Shown piece after piece: positions 39,640 through 52,769 of a DNA stretch of 64,000 nt. The notes under the pieces are model-generated. The model did no database searches. It saw only the letters and a program-made list of their open reading frames with translations, and was not told the origin of the DNA. The DNA is from Octopus sinensis (Eukaryota). The stretch spans positions 125,488,001-125,552,000 of the forward strand of contig NC_043001.1 of the NCBI RefSeq assembly GCF_006345805.1, written 5' to 3'. Each line of letters starts with the position of its first letter. Within the stretch, counting starts at the first letter, position 1. A program made the translations under genes and the position numbers.

Positions 39640-41373
39640 CTTTTTTTTTCTTCTTTCAAATTTTCTTCCATTTCTTGCCGAGTGTCTTCCCGACTCCTAG
39701 GGCAAAGAAACTCATAGTGTATATTGGTAGGCCATTAAACCAAACTCAGTAGTTCGTTCATTTTTTTTTTTTTTTTTAAGTTAAATTAAAATACATGAGC
39801 AGCAACAGTTCTCACATCGACAATGCTCTTCTCAATATGTGTGATGTACCAGTTAAGACAATCTTTTGCACTTCTTGCAGGGATGGTAAGCCAGGGATCA
39901 TTCTCATATAATTTTCGGTTCCCTTCTTGATCATTCCTAGTGCTCCTACGATCACTGGTATTGTAACCGCCTTGAGATGCCACATTTTCTCAATTTCAAT
40001 GAGTAGGTCTTTATATTTTCTGAGCTTGTCAAACTCTTTCGCTGAGATATTATGATCACAGGGGATGCTCATGTCGATCAATAAGCAAACTTTATTGTTT
40101 TGGTCTTTCACAACAATATCTGGTTTATTGGCCTTGATGGTTCGGTCTGTATGTACTGGAAAGTCCCACAGAATGGTTACATTTTCTCCTTCAGTTACAG
40201 CCTCAGGGTGGTGATTATACCACTTGTCAGCAGTTTTGATATTGTAATGCCGACTTATTAGCCAGTGGAGATATTGGCCAACTCTGTCATATCTTAATTT
40301 ATACTCCACTGGTGCTAAGACTTTACATCCAGAGATTAGGTGGTCCACTGTTTCAATCATGTCGTTGCAGAATCGGCATTTTGGGTCTGCTCCATTTTTC
40401 ATCACATTGGCCTGGTAGTTCCGGGTTAATAGGCTTTGGTCTTGAGCAGCCAGGATGAAACCTTCGCTCTCTGCTTTTAGCCCTGAGCTCCGCAGCCACT
40501 GATGGGTTTGCTTCTGGTCAACATCAGCTTGTTTGCGGGTCACATATTTGCCGTGCAGAGGTTTCTCCTCCCACCTATCAGCCAATTGCTCGTGCGCTTT
40601 TTTCATTGCCATCATTTTCACCTTCTTTGCAACATTAGTTGCCGTACTTCCCTCGGGTTGTTCAGTTTGGGTATCCTGCACGAGATCAATAGCAAATTTT
40701 TTGCTTTCCTTGATGATAGAATGAAGCTTCTTTCGTCTCTCGTGATTTTCCACGAGCTTTAGCATCCAGTCATTCGATATTTCGAGATATTTGGCCAGTC
40801 CAATTGTGGTTGTTTTGTAAGCTAGTTCAAATTGGATCAGGCCTCGACCTCCTTGGGCTCTGGGAAGGTAAAGGCGATCTACGTCTGCCTTTGGGTGGTG
40901 CATCCTATTACAACTCAGCAGCTTGCGTATTTTTCTATCTATATTCTTTACTTCACTCATATTCCAGTTCAACACATTGTAGCTATAAGTAACAACTGGA
41001 ACTGCTAAGGAATTTATAGCTAACACCTTGTTACGTGCATTTAGTTCAGATTTCAGGACTGCACAAACTCTCCTATAACATTCCTTCCTGATTTTCTCTT
41101 TCATGCTTGCATGCTGAATACCAGAGCCTTCATTTATCCCTAAATATTTGTATGTCTGTTCTTGCTCAAGCTCTCTTATGACTGTGTCAACATCTAACAC
41201 GACTGAATTTGTGGTCTTCACTTTCCCTTTCTGGAAAGTGGCCTTGGCACACTTCTCAAGTCCAAACTCCATCCCGATGTCATCGCTGAATGCTTTCACG
41301 GTGCGCAATAGGCCTTCAAGTTCATTATTGTCTTTACCATAAAGTTTTAAGTCATCCATATAAAATAGATGGC

Positions 41374-41375
<2 letters not shown>
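39640..41375 (-). mobile_element. Young 5'-truncated R4/Dong-clade non-LTR retrotransposon (RT C-terminus, CCHC knuckle, restriction-like endonuclease)
   Basis: Uninterrupted ORF 41359-39812: (Y)MDDLKLY, CRFC...ETVDHLISGC, ILWD...KPDIVV...IDMSIP...KLRKY, VIVGALG. About 170 nt of 3' UTR. (AAT)n tracts on both sides. Confidence 0.92.
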
Positions 41376-41423
<48 letters not shown>

Positions 41424-41446
41424 AGTCACTGCCCTGGAACCGTGGG

Positions 41447-41726
41447 CATATGGCATAGTGGCTAAGAGCGCGGGCTACTAACCCCAAGATTCCGAGTTCG
41501 ATTCCAGGCAGTGACCTGAATAATAATAATGATGATAATAATAATAATAATAATAATAACATTGAAAAATACCTTAGGAATGAGAACCCAGGTTTGAAAT
41601 TTCCCCAAGACACCTGATAAAGGCTGGAAGATTGTTAACAGCTGAAGATTGTTAACAGCTGAAAGATTGTTAACAACAAACAAGATGAGGGCAAATATCC
41701 GTCAAATGTAAATAATGTAAATAATG

Positions 41727-41730
<4 letters not shown>
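41447..41730 (+). mobile_element. SINE-like family E: tRNA head, internal (AAT)n, body with hammerhead-like core
   Basis: TGGCATAGTGG...GAGTTCGATTCC head, then (AAT)n, then CATTGAAAAATACCTTAGGAATGAGAACCCAGG...CACCTGATAAGGCTG. A split inverted copy lies at 41422-41445 plus 39540-39640. Confidence 0.7.
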
Positions 41731-41758
<28 letters not shown>

Positions 41759-41769
41759 CATTATTATTA

Positions 41770-41811
<42 letters not shown>

Positions 41812-42769
41812 CATTATTATTATTAGCATCAGCATCATGATCATCATTATTATTATTATTATGATTATTATTATTATTATTATTATTGTTATTTTGTTAA
41901 AAAATAAATTTATGGTAATACATATCTCCATGACTGTATTGTATACATGCAGAAGGAATTACATTTCTGGGTTTTCCTCTCTCTCCCTCTCTTTCTCTCT
42001 CTTTCTCTCTCTCTTTCTCTCTTGCTTTCTCCCTCTCTCTCTTTTTCTTTCCCTCTTGATCAGATAGAAGAGATAGTTTTGTTGTTTTTTAAATTTTATT
42101 TTGCTTGTGAACTGTCATAACATTCTGCAACGATGACTGTGGTGGTGATGAAGACGATGACACTGATGACAAAAATGATGACTGATGATGATGATGAAGA
42201 TGATGAAGACACTGTGAAGGAGGAAGCAGTGGGGGGTGAGAGTGATGGGCTCAGGAGAAGGGGTAACACGACATTAGATTATTTGAGTTTTTACATCTAC
42301 TGTTTCGATGACTGACATTTTATTTACCTTCCTTAATAAGCTTCTAATTACTAACCTAATTTCTTATTTTATTTTATTTTATTCCATTTGGTATTTACTT
42401 TGTTTTTTTTAATTTGTTTTTATTGTATTTGTTTTTGTTGTTTAGTTGCTTAGTAAAGGTAAGGCTTAATGACTTGATGAAAATAAACGGAGGGGGGGGG
42501 GAGCTGAATTAGGAGGGGGGTGGATAGAGGAAGAAAAATAAAAGAAAAGTTGAAAGAAAGAAGGAGAAGAAAGAAAGAAAGAAAGAAAGAAGGGAAGATG
42601 ATTATCAATAACAACAACAACAACAATGAAAATTAAAAAAAAAAATAAACTATCAAGAAAAGAAAATAAAATAAAAATAGATTCAAAAGCTTTAAATTGC
42701 TTTAGAAAAGAGAGGAGTATTTCTTGCAGTGACTGTGTAATTTCCTTTTCAGTACAATCAAGTGTTTAT

Positions 42770-43520
42770 TCATTATTCCTTAATTTCATAAAAGCAGCAG
42801 CAGTGGCAGCAGCAGCAGCAGCAACAGTGGCGTGGGTGGTGGTGGTGGTGGTGGTAACAATAGTATTAACCTTCCTCTTTGTTGTCTTCTTGAAGTACAC
42901 CATCTTCACAGTTGCTTCCAATGTCTTATGATTTGTTATTATTGAGTATGGTAGTGGTAGTGGGGGTAGTGAGCTGGCAGAATCGTTAGCATGCCCGGGG
43001 GGGCGGGGGGAGGAAATGCTTAGCAGTATTTGGCCTGTAGCTATGTTCTGAGTTCAAATTTTGCCAAGGTCGACTTTGCTTTTCATTCTCTTGGGGGTCA
43101 ATAAAATACCAGTGAAACACTAGGGTCAATGTAATCAACTAGTCCTCTTCCATTCATTATTCCTTAATTTCATAAAAGCAGCAGAAGTGGCAGCAGCAAC
43201 AGTGGCGTGGGTGGTGGTGGTGGTGGTGGTGGTAACAATAGTATTAACCTTCCTCTTTGTTGTCTTCTTGAAGTACACCATCTTCACAGTTGCTTCCAAT
43301 GTCTTATGATTTGTTATTATTGAGTATCGTAGTGGTAGTGGTAGTAGTGAGCTGGCAGAATCGTTAGCATGCCCGGGGGGGCGGGGGGAGGAAATGCTTA
43401 GCAGTATTTGGCCTGTCGCTATGTTCAAATTTTGCCAAGGTCGACTTTGCTTTTCATTCTCTTGGGGGTCAATAAAATACCAGTGAAACACTAGGGTCAA
43501 TGATATCAACTAGTCCTCTC
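42770..43520 (+). repeat. About 380-bp tandem duplication
   Basis: TTCATTATTCCTTAATTTCATAAAAGCAGCAG... at 42770 and 43152. Confidence 0.85.
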
Positions 43521-43583
43521 CCACAAAATTTCAAGCCTTGTGCCTATAGTAAAAAGAATTATTATTATTATTATTATTATTAT

Positions 43584-43643
<60 letters not shown>

Positions 43644-43690
43644 TAGTAGTAGTAGTAGTGGTGGTGGTGGTGGTGGTAGTGGTGGTGGTG

Positions 43691-43726
<36 letters not shown>

Positions 43727-43747
43727 GCAGTGGTGGTGGTGGTAGTG

Positions 43748-43785
<38 letters not shown>

Positions 43786-44452
43786 TGTAGTAGTTGTTGT
43801 TGTTGCTGTATTTAAGGTAGCGAGCTGGCAGAATAATTAACACATTGGGCGAAATGCTTTGCTGTATTTCATCTATCTTTATGTTCTGAGTTCAGATTCT
43901 ATCAAGGTCGACTTTGCCTGTCATCCTTTTGTGGGGTCGATAAAATAAGTACCAGTTTCATTGTGGGGGTCAATGTAATCGACTTACTCCTCTCTCCCAA
44001 AATTTCAGGCCTTGTGCCCATAGTAGCAAGGATTATTATTATTAGTAGTATTTAAGGTGGTGAGCTGGCAGAATCATTAGTACACCAGGCAAAATGCTTA
44101 GCAGTATTTCATCCGTTTTTACATTCTGAGTTCAAATTTCACTGAGATCAACTTTGCATTTGATCCTTTCGGGGTTGATAAAATAAGTACCAGTTGAGCA
44201 CTGGGGACAATTTAATCAACTTAGTCCCGCCTCCAAAATTCTAGTACTTTACATTCTGAGTTCAAATTCCACCGATGTCAACTTTGCCTTTCATCCTTTT
44301 GGGGTCGATAAAATAAGTACCATTTGAGAACTGGGATCAATGTACACAACTTACCCCTTCCCACAAACTGTCAGGCCTTGTGCTTTCAGTAGGAAGAATT
44401 ATTATTATTATTATTATTATTATTATTTATTATTATTATTATTATTATTATC

Positions 44453-44840
44453 ATTCAGTAGTTTTATTTTTATAGCGTGCTTTCACTTCACTACCGAGTG
44501 CAGCTCTGTGTGCCTTGGGTATGTGCTGTGATTTGTTGTGATGCTCTGATGGTTATTGTATGGAAAGTGTTCTGCGTAAGATGTGTGCAGTGCCTAGTAG
44601 TGCAATTTTCTGTATGTTATATGTGTTTGTAAGTCTTGGTGTTTTTGTTATGTATTTGTCTGAATTTTTTTTATCATGCCTAATGCACCTACTATGATAG
44701 AATTGTTTCTGTTTTTAGAATCCACATTCTGGTTACCTCTATTTCCAGGTCTTTGAATTTTGAAAGTTTCTCCATTTCTTTTAGAGACACGTTGTCATCT
44801 GCCGGTATTGATACATCAATTAGAAAGCACTTTTTTCTTT
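44453..44840 (-). mobile_element. 3' end of a third R4/Dong-like RLE element in (TAA)n
   Basis: KKCFLIDVSIPADDNVSLKEMEKLSKFKDLEIEVTRMW...IVGALGMIKK...IQKIALLGTAHILRRTLSIQ* (with a frameshift). (AAT)n on both sides. Confidence 0.85.
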
Positions 44841-44854
44841 TATTATTATTATTA

Positions 44855-44885
<31 letters not shown>

Positions 44886-45496
44886 ATTATTATTATTGGT
44901 ATTATTATTATTATTATTATTATTACTAAAGCAGTGAGCTGGCAGAATCATTAGCATGCTGGTCAAAATAGTACCAGTCAAGCATCAGGGTCGATGAAGT
45001 TGATTAGCCACAACCCCAACAAAAATTCACTTGTGCCTCCAGACTGAATGCTTAGTGGTATTTCGTCCATCTTTACATTCTGCGTTCAAATTCTGCCATG
45101 GTCAACTTTGCCTTTCATCCTTTCAGGGTCGATAAAAGAAGTACCAGTTGAACACCAAGGTCAATTTAATCAACTTACCCACCTCTCCGGGAATTGCTGG
45201 CCTTGTGTCAAACTATGAAATCATTATTATTATTATGATTATTATTATCATTAAGGTAACAAACTGGCAAAATTGTTGGCATGTCGAGCAAAATGCTTTG
45301 CAGTATTTTGTCTGTCTTTACATTCTGAGTTCAAATTCCTCCGAGGTCAACTTAGCCTCTCATCCTTTCAGGGTTGATAAATTAAGTACCACTGAAACAC
45401 TGTCATCGATGTAATCAACTAGTCACCTCCCGCAAAATCTCAGGCCTTGTGCCTTTAGTAGAAAGGATCATTATTATTATTATTATATTATTATTA

Positions 45497-45532
<36 letters not shown>

Positions 45533-46100
45533 GGTATTATTATTATTATTATATTATTACTAAAGCAGTGAGCTGGCAGAATCATTAGCATGCTGGTCAA
45601 AATAGTACCAGTCAAGCATCAGGTCGATGAAGTTGATTAGCCACAACCCCAACAAAAATTCACTTGTGCCTCCAGACTGAATGCTTAGTGGTATTTCGTC
45701 CATCTTTACATTCTGCGTTCAAATTCTGCCATGGTCAACTTTGCCTTTCATCCTTTCAGGGTCGATAAAAGAAGTACCAGTTGAACACCAAGGTCAATTT
45801 AATCAACTTACCCACCTCTCCGGGAATTGCTGGCCTTGTGTCAAACTATGAAATCATTATTATTATTATGATTATTATTATCATTAAGGTAACAAACTGG
45901 CAAAATTGTTGGCATGTCGAGCAAAATGCTTTGCAGTATTTTGTCTGTCTTTACATTCTGAGTTCAAATTCCTCCGAGGTCAACTTAGCCTCTCATCCTT
46001 TCAGGGTTGATAAATTAAGTACCACTGAAACACTGTCATCGATGTAATCAACTAGTCACCTCCCGCAAAATCTCAGGCCTTGTGCCTTTAGTAGAAAGGA
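44840..46100 (+). repeat. About 633-bp near-identical tandem duplication
   Basis: Identical 88-aa ORFs at 45148 and 45781. The unique parts differ by about one indel. Confidence 0.9.
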
Positions 46101-46121
46101 TCATTATTATTATTATTATTA

Positions 46122-46167
<46 letters not shown>

Positions 46168-46175
46168 TTTTATTA

Positions 46176-46227
<52 letters not shown>

Positions 46228-48249
46228 CCACATCATCATCATCATCATCATCAAGGAGGATAAGATATTAGATGACAAGGATGATCCCTGCAGAGGTCTT
46301 CTTTGACTTTCATCCTTCCAGGGTCCATAAAAATAAAATATCAGTCAATTTACTCATATAAGCTGTTTCCCTCCAATATTTGGGACCTTGAACCCAATCT
46401 GGAGATCATTATTAAAGGAGGGTAATAGATTGGCAGAAATATGTTATTGTATTTAGTTAGCTCCCTTTACTAATTTAGTTTTGATGTTAATGTATTCAGC
46501 TTTACCTTTCATTCCTCCATGGCCATAAAGAACAAAAAACATATTGTAATATACTTGGGTTGATATAGCTCATCTTAAAATTTAATCAGTGATCAGATCC
46601 ATTCCTTAAAATCTTGAAAGTTTGTGCCCAAATAAGGCGTTGTACAGAAAAATCTTATGTTTAGTAAAGCTTTCTGTCTGGGAAAAGGAGATGGATGGAT
46701 GGATGGATGGACAGGTAGGTAGGTAGATAGATACGTAGGTAGGATGTAGGTAGGTAGGTAGGTAGGTAGGTAGAGGAGAGGTGAGAGAGAGAGAAAGCAG
46801 GCTGTTGACTTTGAAGGTCTTCATTCTTCATTCAATTAGACGTCAAAACAGTAAGACTTCTTGTTACCACAATCAGTTAACATCTTGATTGAGGAGAGAC
46901 AGAGATAGAGGAAGTAGGAAGAGAGAGAGAGAGATAGAGGAAGTAGGAAGAGAGAGAGAGAGAGAGAGAAGGAAAGCATAAGAGCAAGGAGGGGAACATT
47001 TATAAAAGAAAAAAGACAATAGTAAAAAAAAATAGGAGGAGCCAAACTAGAATACCCAGGAGTGAACACTAGAGTAAAATAATTACAAGAAAAGAAAACA
47101 AGAGTAAAATAAAATAAATACATAAAATAACAACAAAAAGATAATAAAAATAAAAATGGAAAAGTATTTGTAAAGAAAACAAAATTAATTAGAAATGAAA
47201 TCAATAGAGACGTATTATTATTAGTTAAGACTACAATACACTGTAGATGTTTCTAGAAGTTGAAGAAAACAGAACTCCTCTTCACTTCCACTTGCCAATA
47301 CAAAAGAACAAACAAAAACAAAATGTAAACAAAATATATATACATCATAAATTTCTATGAAATAATGGAGATTATTTTTTAAAAATTACATGGAAAATAA
47401 ATAAATAATGACTTAGCTATCTTTTAAAGTTGATGAACTTTTCAGAATATCGATATACCTTATATATATGTATTTAGACAGTTGCTTAATATGGCTGGTC
47501 AAAGAGTGACCATTGGTTTTGCGTGTATGATGCACTTAGCTGTATAGCCTGCTTATTAGACTCAGATGGCCAAAGACACATAACCTCTCTACAACTGGAG
47601 CAAGGAATTCATGATAGTCAGTTAATTCTGTAAACAAATAAATTCCAGAACAAAGCTCTACTGGCAAACCTTGGGTGAGGTGGGTTTATCTCCTTCAGAT
47701 TGGTTCCAGTTATGTCCATGGCAGGCTTGCTGATAATGGCTGAAGATGGTAGCATTTCTCTACTTGGCAAACAGGGAATTCCATGTTTTCAACACAAATT
47801 TCCTGTAATGAGGGTACTGACTAAACATTTCTTTGAAGTTTAAAAAGATTTCAGGTCAAGTGAGTTTTTTTTTTTTCAGGATTCTTGCTCTTTCAGCCAA
47901 TCAAAACTTATACCGTTTGCTCCCATTGAGGTATAGCCCTAATTGTTCTAGAAGCCTCCATTTTATTATGTATGGCATACCCTCCTCTTTTAAATTCCCT
48001 ACATAGCTGACCAGGGACATGATGTTGCACCTGTCCAGTAAGAGGACCTATGATTGCTAAGACGTTTTAATTTCCCACCTGTAGATCCAACATATTTCCT
48101 TGTATGTGCCCTTGTGCTGACGATGTTACAACTGCAGTTGTGCTGTCATTATTGCTGCTGCTGCTGGTATTGTTGCTGTCATTGTTGGATGTGTTATTGG
48201 TGCAACAGTTTCTCCCCAAAAAAGATGTGTGTGTATATCATCATTTCAG

Positions 48250-48419
48250 GCGTAGGAGTGGCTGTGTGGTAAGTAGCTTGCTTACCAACCACATGGTTCC
48301 GGGTTCAGTCCCACTGCGTGGCACCTTGGGCAAGTGTCTTCTGCTATAGCCTCGGGCCGACCAAACCATCGTGAGTGGATTTGGTAGACAGAAACTGAAA
48401 GAAGCCCGTTGTATATATG

Positions 48420-48456
<37 letters not shown>

Positions 48457-48646
48457 CTATTTGTCCCCCCAACATCACTTGACAACCGGTGCTGATGTGT
48501 TTACGTCCCCGTAACTTAGCGGTTCGGCAAAAGAGATCGATAGAATAAGTACTAGGCTTCCAAAGAATAAGTCCTAGGGTCGATTTGCTCAACTAAAGGC
48601 AGTGCTCCAGCATGGCCGCAGTCAAATGACTGAAACAAGTAAAAGA
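48250..48646 (+). mobile_element. SINE family A, full length
   Basis: Same structure as 8682. Confidence 0.9.
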
Positions 48647-48718
48647 GTATTTCATTTAATGTCCATTCTCCATGCTGACATGACTCTGATATCTGCATTC
48701 ATTATCGGAATGTGTAGT

Positions 48719-48760
<42 letters not shown>

Positions 48761-51589
48761 TGTGTTTATGCATGTATCTGTGTCTGTGTCACTGAGAGTA
48801 GACAGCTACTATTTTTAGCATAAGACAGATTTTAGACCCTTTTTTTTTTTTTTTTTTCTTTTCTTTTTCAATATTTCTTTCTTGTCATTGTTGATGCTGC
48901 TGTTATAGTTATTGTCTTCAGTGATTAGATGTTTTCCAGGAATTATTCTACATTGTTTTTCTGACCAAAATCTCTCAGGAAATAGTTATGAATTAACAAT
49001 AATCTTTCTGTGTGGGAGGTAATCTTTTTTTTACTTTCTATTTTTTTTTGTATTTATCATATTTGTTGGTAGCTCAACAATAGAATGGCAAAATGCAGTG
49101 GAGCATTGGTCAAAATATCTTACAGTGTTTAGTTACAGCCTTTTAAGTTCTGAGTTCATATTCCACCTTGAATAAAGCTGACTGCTCAGCATTACCTGAT
49201 TAAGATTTCCCAGTTTTGCTTGAGTAAACTTGTGCAGCATTATTTGCTTGAATAAGCCTGTGCTACAATACTTGAGTAGACCAACTCAGCTCTGCTTGAG
49301 TAATGTTGCTCAGCCTTGCTGCTGTAAGCTTGCTCAGCTTTGCTTCAATAAACCTGCTTAACTTTACTTAGGTGTAACCCTTTCCTTTGCTTATGCAAAC
49401 ATAAGTAAGAAATATGACACTATGAAAGTAAAAGAGACCAGCAAATACAGATGATCTGAAGTGAATGAAAAGGAATTAGTTGAGGAAAAATTGAGTACAT
49501 CCGAACTGAAAGAGCTCTAGAATAGCAACAATTTTGATGTGTCCTGCAGCACAGGATAATATAAACTAATAGATTATTATTTCTGTGTAGGTGCTTACTG
49601 TAAAGTTAATCAAATTGCATGGATCATTAGTTGTTCTTTAATTTGTTTGATCCATTTAATCACATTTCATAGAAACATTTTGGCTCCTCTCAATTGCAGT
49701 ATTTTTCATTGTGTTTTAGCAGAATTGTGTGTGTGTGTGTGTTTGATGCTATGAAGGGTAAATGGAAAATTGGCCACCATATACATGTATGTATGTATGC
49801 ATGTATGTATGTATGTATGTAAGTATATTTCTATGTATCTGTGTATGCATATGGTGAGCCCTGAATGATTATAGCCAATTGGAATCCACTAAAGGAACTC
49901 AAGCACTATCTGGTGGTCTATTGTAAATGAATAACAGAGTAAGTCTGTCACCTCACAACATGATCTGTACCTCTAATCAGCTTCTACAGAGATTCCATCT
50001 ATCAAATTTCACTCACAAGAATTTTATCTACCCAAAATGGAAATTACAGCTGTGATACCAGTGCCGGTGGTACGTAAGAGAACCATCCGAACATGGCCAT
50101 TGCCAGTGCTGCCCCGACTGGCCTCGTGCCGGTGGCACGTAAAAAGCACCATCTGATCGTGGCTGTTGCCAGCCTCGTCTGGCACCTGTGCCGGTGGCAC
50201 GTAAAAAGCACCCACTACACTCACAGAGCGGTTGGCATTAGGAAGGGCACCCAGCCGTAGAAACATTGCCAGATCAGACTGGGCCTGGTGCAGCCTTCTG
50301 GCTTCCCAGACCCCAGTTGCACCATCCAACCCATGCTAGCATGGAAAGTGGACACTAAACGAAGATGATGATGATGATGATGATAACTAACACAGAAGGA
50401 ACACGACAAAAATTTCACACAGTCAAATAAAATCTACAACCTTAGCCATACAGCCATGCCTGCATCACTCAAGCTGCTATAAAACCTGTAGTTTTGATAT
50501 ATGTGCTTTGTAAAGACCACTAATTCCTTGTAAGTACCTTGGGAAAGGAAAATGCAAGGGGAGTCAACCTTAACAGAAAATCAAGGGGTGTAGTCCTTCG
50601 GGTTATCAGCATTACCTGATTAAGATTTCCCAATTTTGCTTGAGTAAACCTGTGCTATATTACTTGAATAAACTAGCCCAGCTCTACTTGAGCAATGCTG
50701 CTCAGCTGTGCTGCAGTAATCTTGCAGGGCAGAATCATTAGCATGCTCAGTAAAATGCTTAGTGGCATTGCATCCATCTTTATGTTCTGAGTTCAGATTT
50801 AAGGAAAGGCCACTATTTGAGCTAATACAGTCAGGTACCTGGTGTCATTGCAGGTGTTGCTGTCAAAACACAAAGGCTTGAAAGAAAAACCATAAGACGC
50901 CTTTATCCAACCCTCCAACAATTTGGTCAACTCACCACCCTGGACTAGTACTTTTTATTGACCCTCAAAAGGACAAAATAGAAGGTTGACCTTGATTGGA
51001 TTTAGGGCATTTTGGCTTAGGAAGGGCATTTGGCGTTAGGAAGGGCATTTGGCGTTAGGAAGGGCATCTGGCGTTAGGAAGGGCATTGGCGTTAGGAAGG
51101 GCATCTTGGCGTTAGGAAGGGTATCCAGCTGTAGAAACACTGCCAGATCAGACTGGAGCCTGGTGCAGCCTTCTGGCTTCCCAGATCCCCGGTCGAATCG
51201 TCCAACCCATGCTAGCATGGAGAACGGACGTTAAACGATGATGATGATGATGATGATGATGATCATAGAGAATCTGAACAAATACCATGAAAATACCATT
51301 CTACCTAAAACGCTAACAACTCTGCTAGTTCACCCATACAGCCTGATCAATAAAAACTATACATTCTTCTCATAAATTGAACTGACTAAAACATATAGCT
51401 GAAAGTAACATAGTTGTTGATTTGATGTATTTTTATTTTAAAAAAAAAATGAGAAGACAATATGGAATATGGTAGTGAGATACCTCAGGGAATTCTATGA
51501 AAGCTCGAATGCATTAATACTTTCTGTTACGTTATTTCTTACTATTGTAACTAAAAATCGGTGGTGATGACAGTTGCATTGTTGCTGTT

Positions 51590-52320
51590 GATGATAATGA
51601 TGATGATGATGGTGATGAACGTGATTTTGATGATGATGGTGGGCAGTGATGGTGGTGGTGGTGGTGGTGTGGTGGCGATGACGGTGGCAGTATTGGAGGA
51701 GGAGGAGGAGGAAGAGGTGGTGGTGATGATGAGGGGGTGGAGGAGGAGGAAGATGGTAATAGTGGTGGAGGTTGACAGTTGTAGTGGTAGTGGTAGTGAT
51801 GGTGGTGGTGGTGGTGGTGGTGGTGGTGGTGGTGGTGGTGGTGGTAGTGGTGTGGTGGCGATGATGGTGGCAGTATTGGAGGAGGAGGAAGAGGTGGTGG
51901 TGGTGGTGATGATGAGGGGGTGGAGGAGGAGGAAGATGGTAATAGTGGTGGAGGTTGACAGTTGCAGTGTTAGTGATGGTGGTGGTGGTGGTGGTGGTGG
52001 TGGATGGTGGTGGTGGTGGTGGTGGTGGTGGTGGTGGTTGTGGTGGTGGTGGTGGTGGTGGTGGTGGTGGTGGTTGTGGTGGTGGTAGTGGTGGTGGTGG
52101 TGGTAGTGGTAGTAGTGCTGGTGGTGGTGGTGGATGGTGGTGGTGGTGGTGGTGGTGGTGGTGGTGGTTGTGGTGGTTGTGGTGGTGGTGGTGGTGGTGG
52201 TGGTTGTGGTGGTGGTAGTGGTGGTGGTGGTGGTAGTGGTAGTAGTGCTGGTGGTGGTGGTGGTGGTGGTGGTGGTGGTGACAGTAAGAATGATTAGACT
52301 GATGATGATGATGAAGACAG
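51590..52320. repeat. (GGT)n/(GAT)n/(GGA)n compound microsatellite with internal duplicated blocks
   Basis: Block at about 51645-51800 repeated at about 51825-51975; block at about 52003-52130 repeated at about 52135-52265. Confidence 0.9.
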
Positions 52321-52715
52321 TAACAACACAATCAACAAACAAACAACAAACTAAAAGATGCACAACTGTGGTTCGTTTCTTGCTTTTGCTGCTTCTTTGT
52401 TCTTCCTGAATGTTTCTTATCCAGTTTTCGTTTACCTTGATAAAAAGGTAAAGAATCTATAGATTTTGGAGTTTTTTTCTTTTGTTAGTGATTTAATCAG
52501 AGGGAGAATGTCAGTGTCCATGTCCAATTTTGGGGTCTTTCAGACTGCCAAGAATACAAGGAAGTGTTCAAATCATTCAAAGGTCAACTTTGCCTTTTTG
52601 TTCCTTCAGGGTCAATTAAAATTACATTACTGGTCAATGTAATCAACTAAACCTCTTCCCTAAAAATACTTAGCCTTGTGCCAAAATTTGAAGCGATCAT
52701 CACCAACATCACCAA

Positions 52716-52769
<54 letters not shown>

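Larger units (their letters stand above)
42966..46100 (+). mobile_element. Head-to-tail array of family B SINEs (tail type 2) separated by (ATT)n/(AGT)n
   Basis: Heads near 42966, 43345, 43816, 44055, 44928, 45253, 45560 and 45886, plus headless bodies, all on +. Tail GGCCTTGTGCC..TAGTAG.AAGGATTATT. Other copies at about 6135, 6796, 16725(-), 35800(-), 39120, 52570, 52785, 52990(-) and 56380(-). Confidence 0.85.

Noticed and set aside
51005-51122. Telomere-like TTAGG content
   Set aside because: TTAGG is part of the family C consensus 19-mer, not a (TTAGGG)n array.
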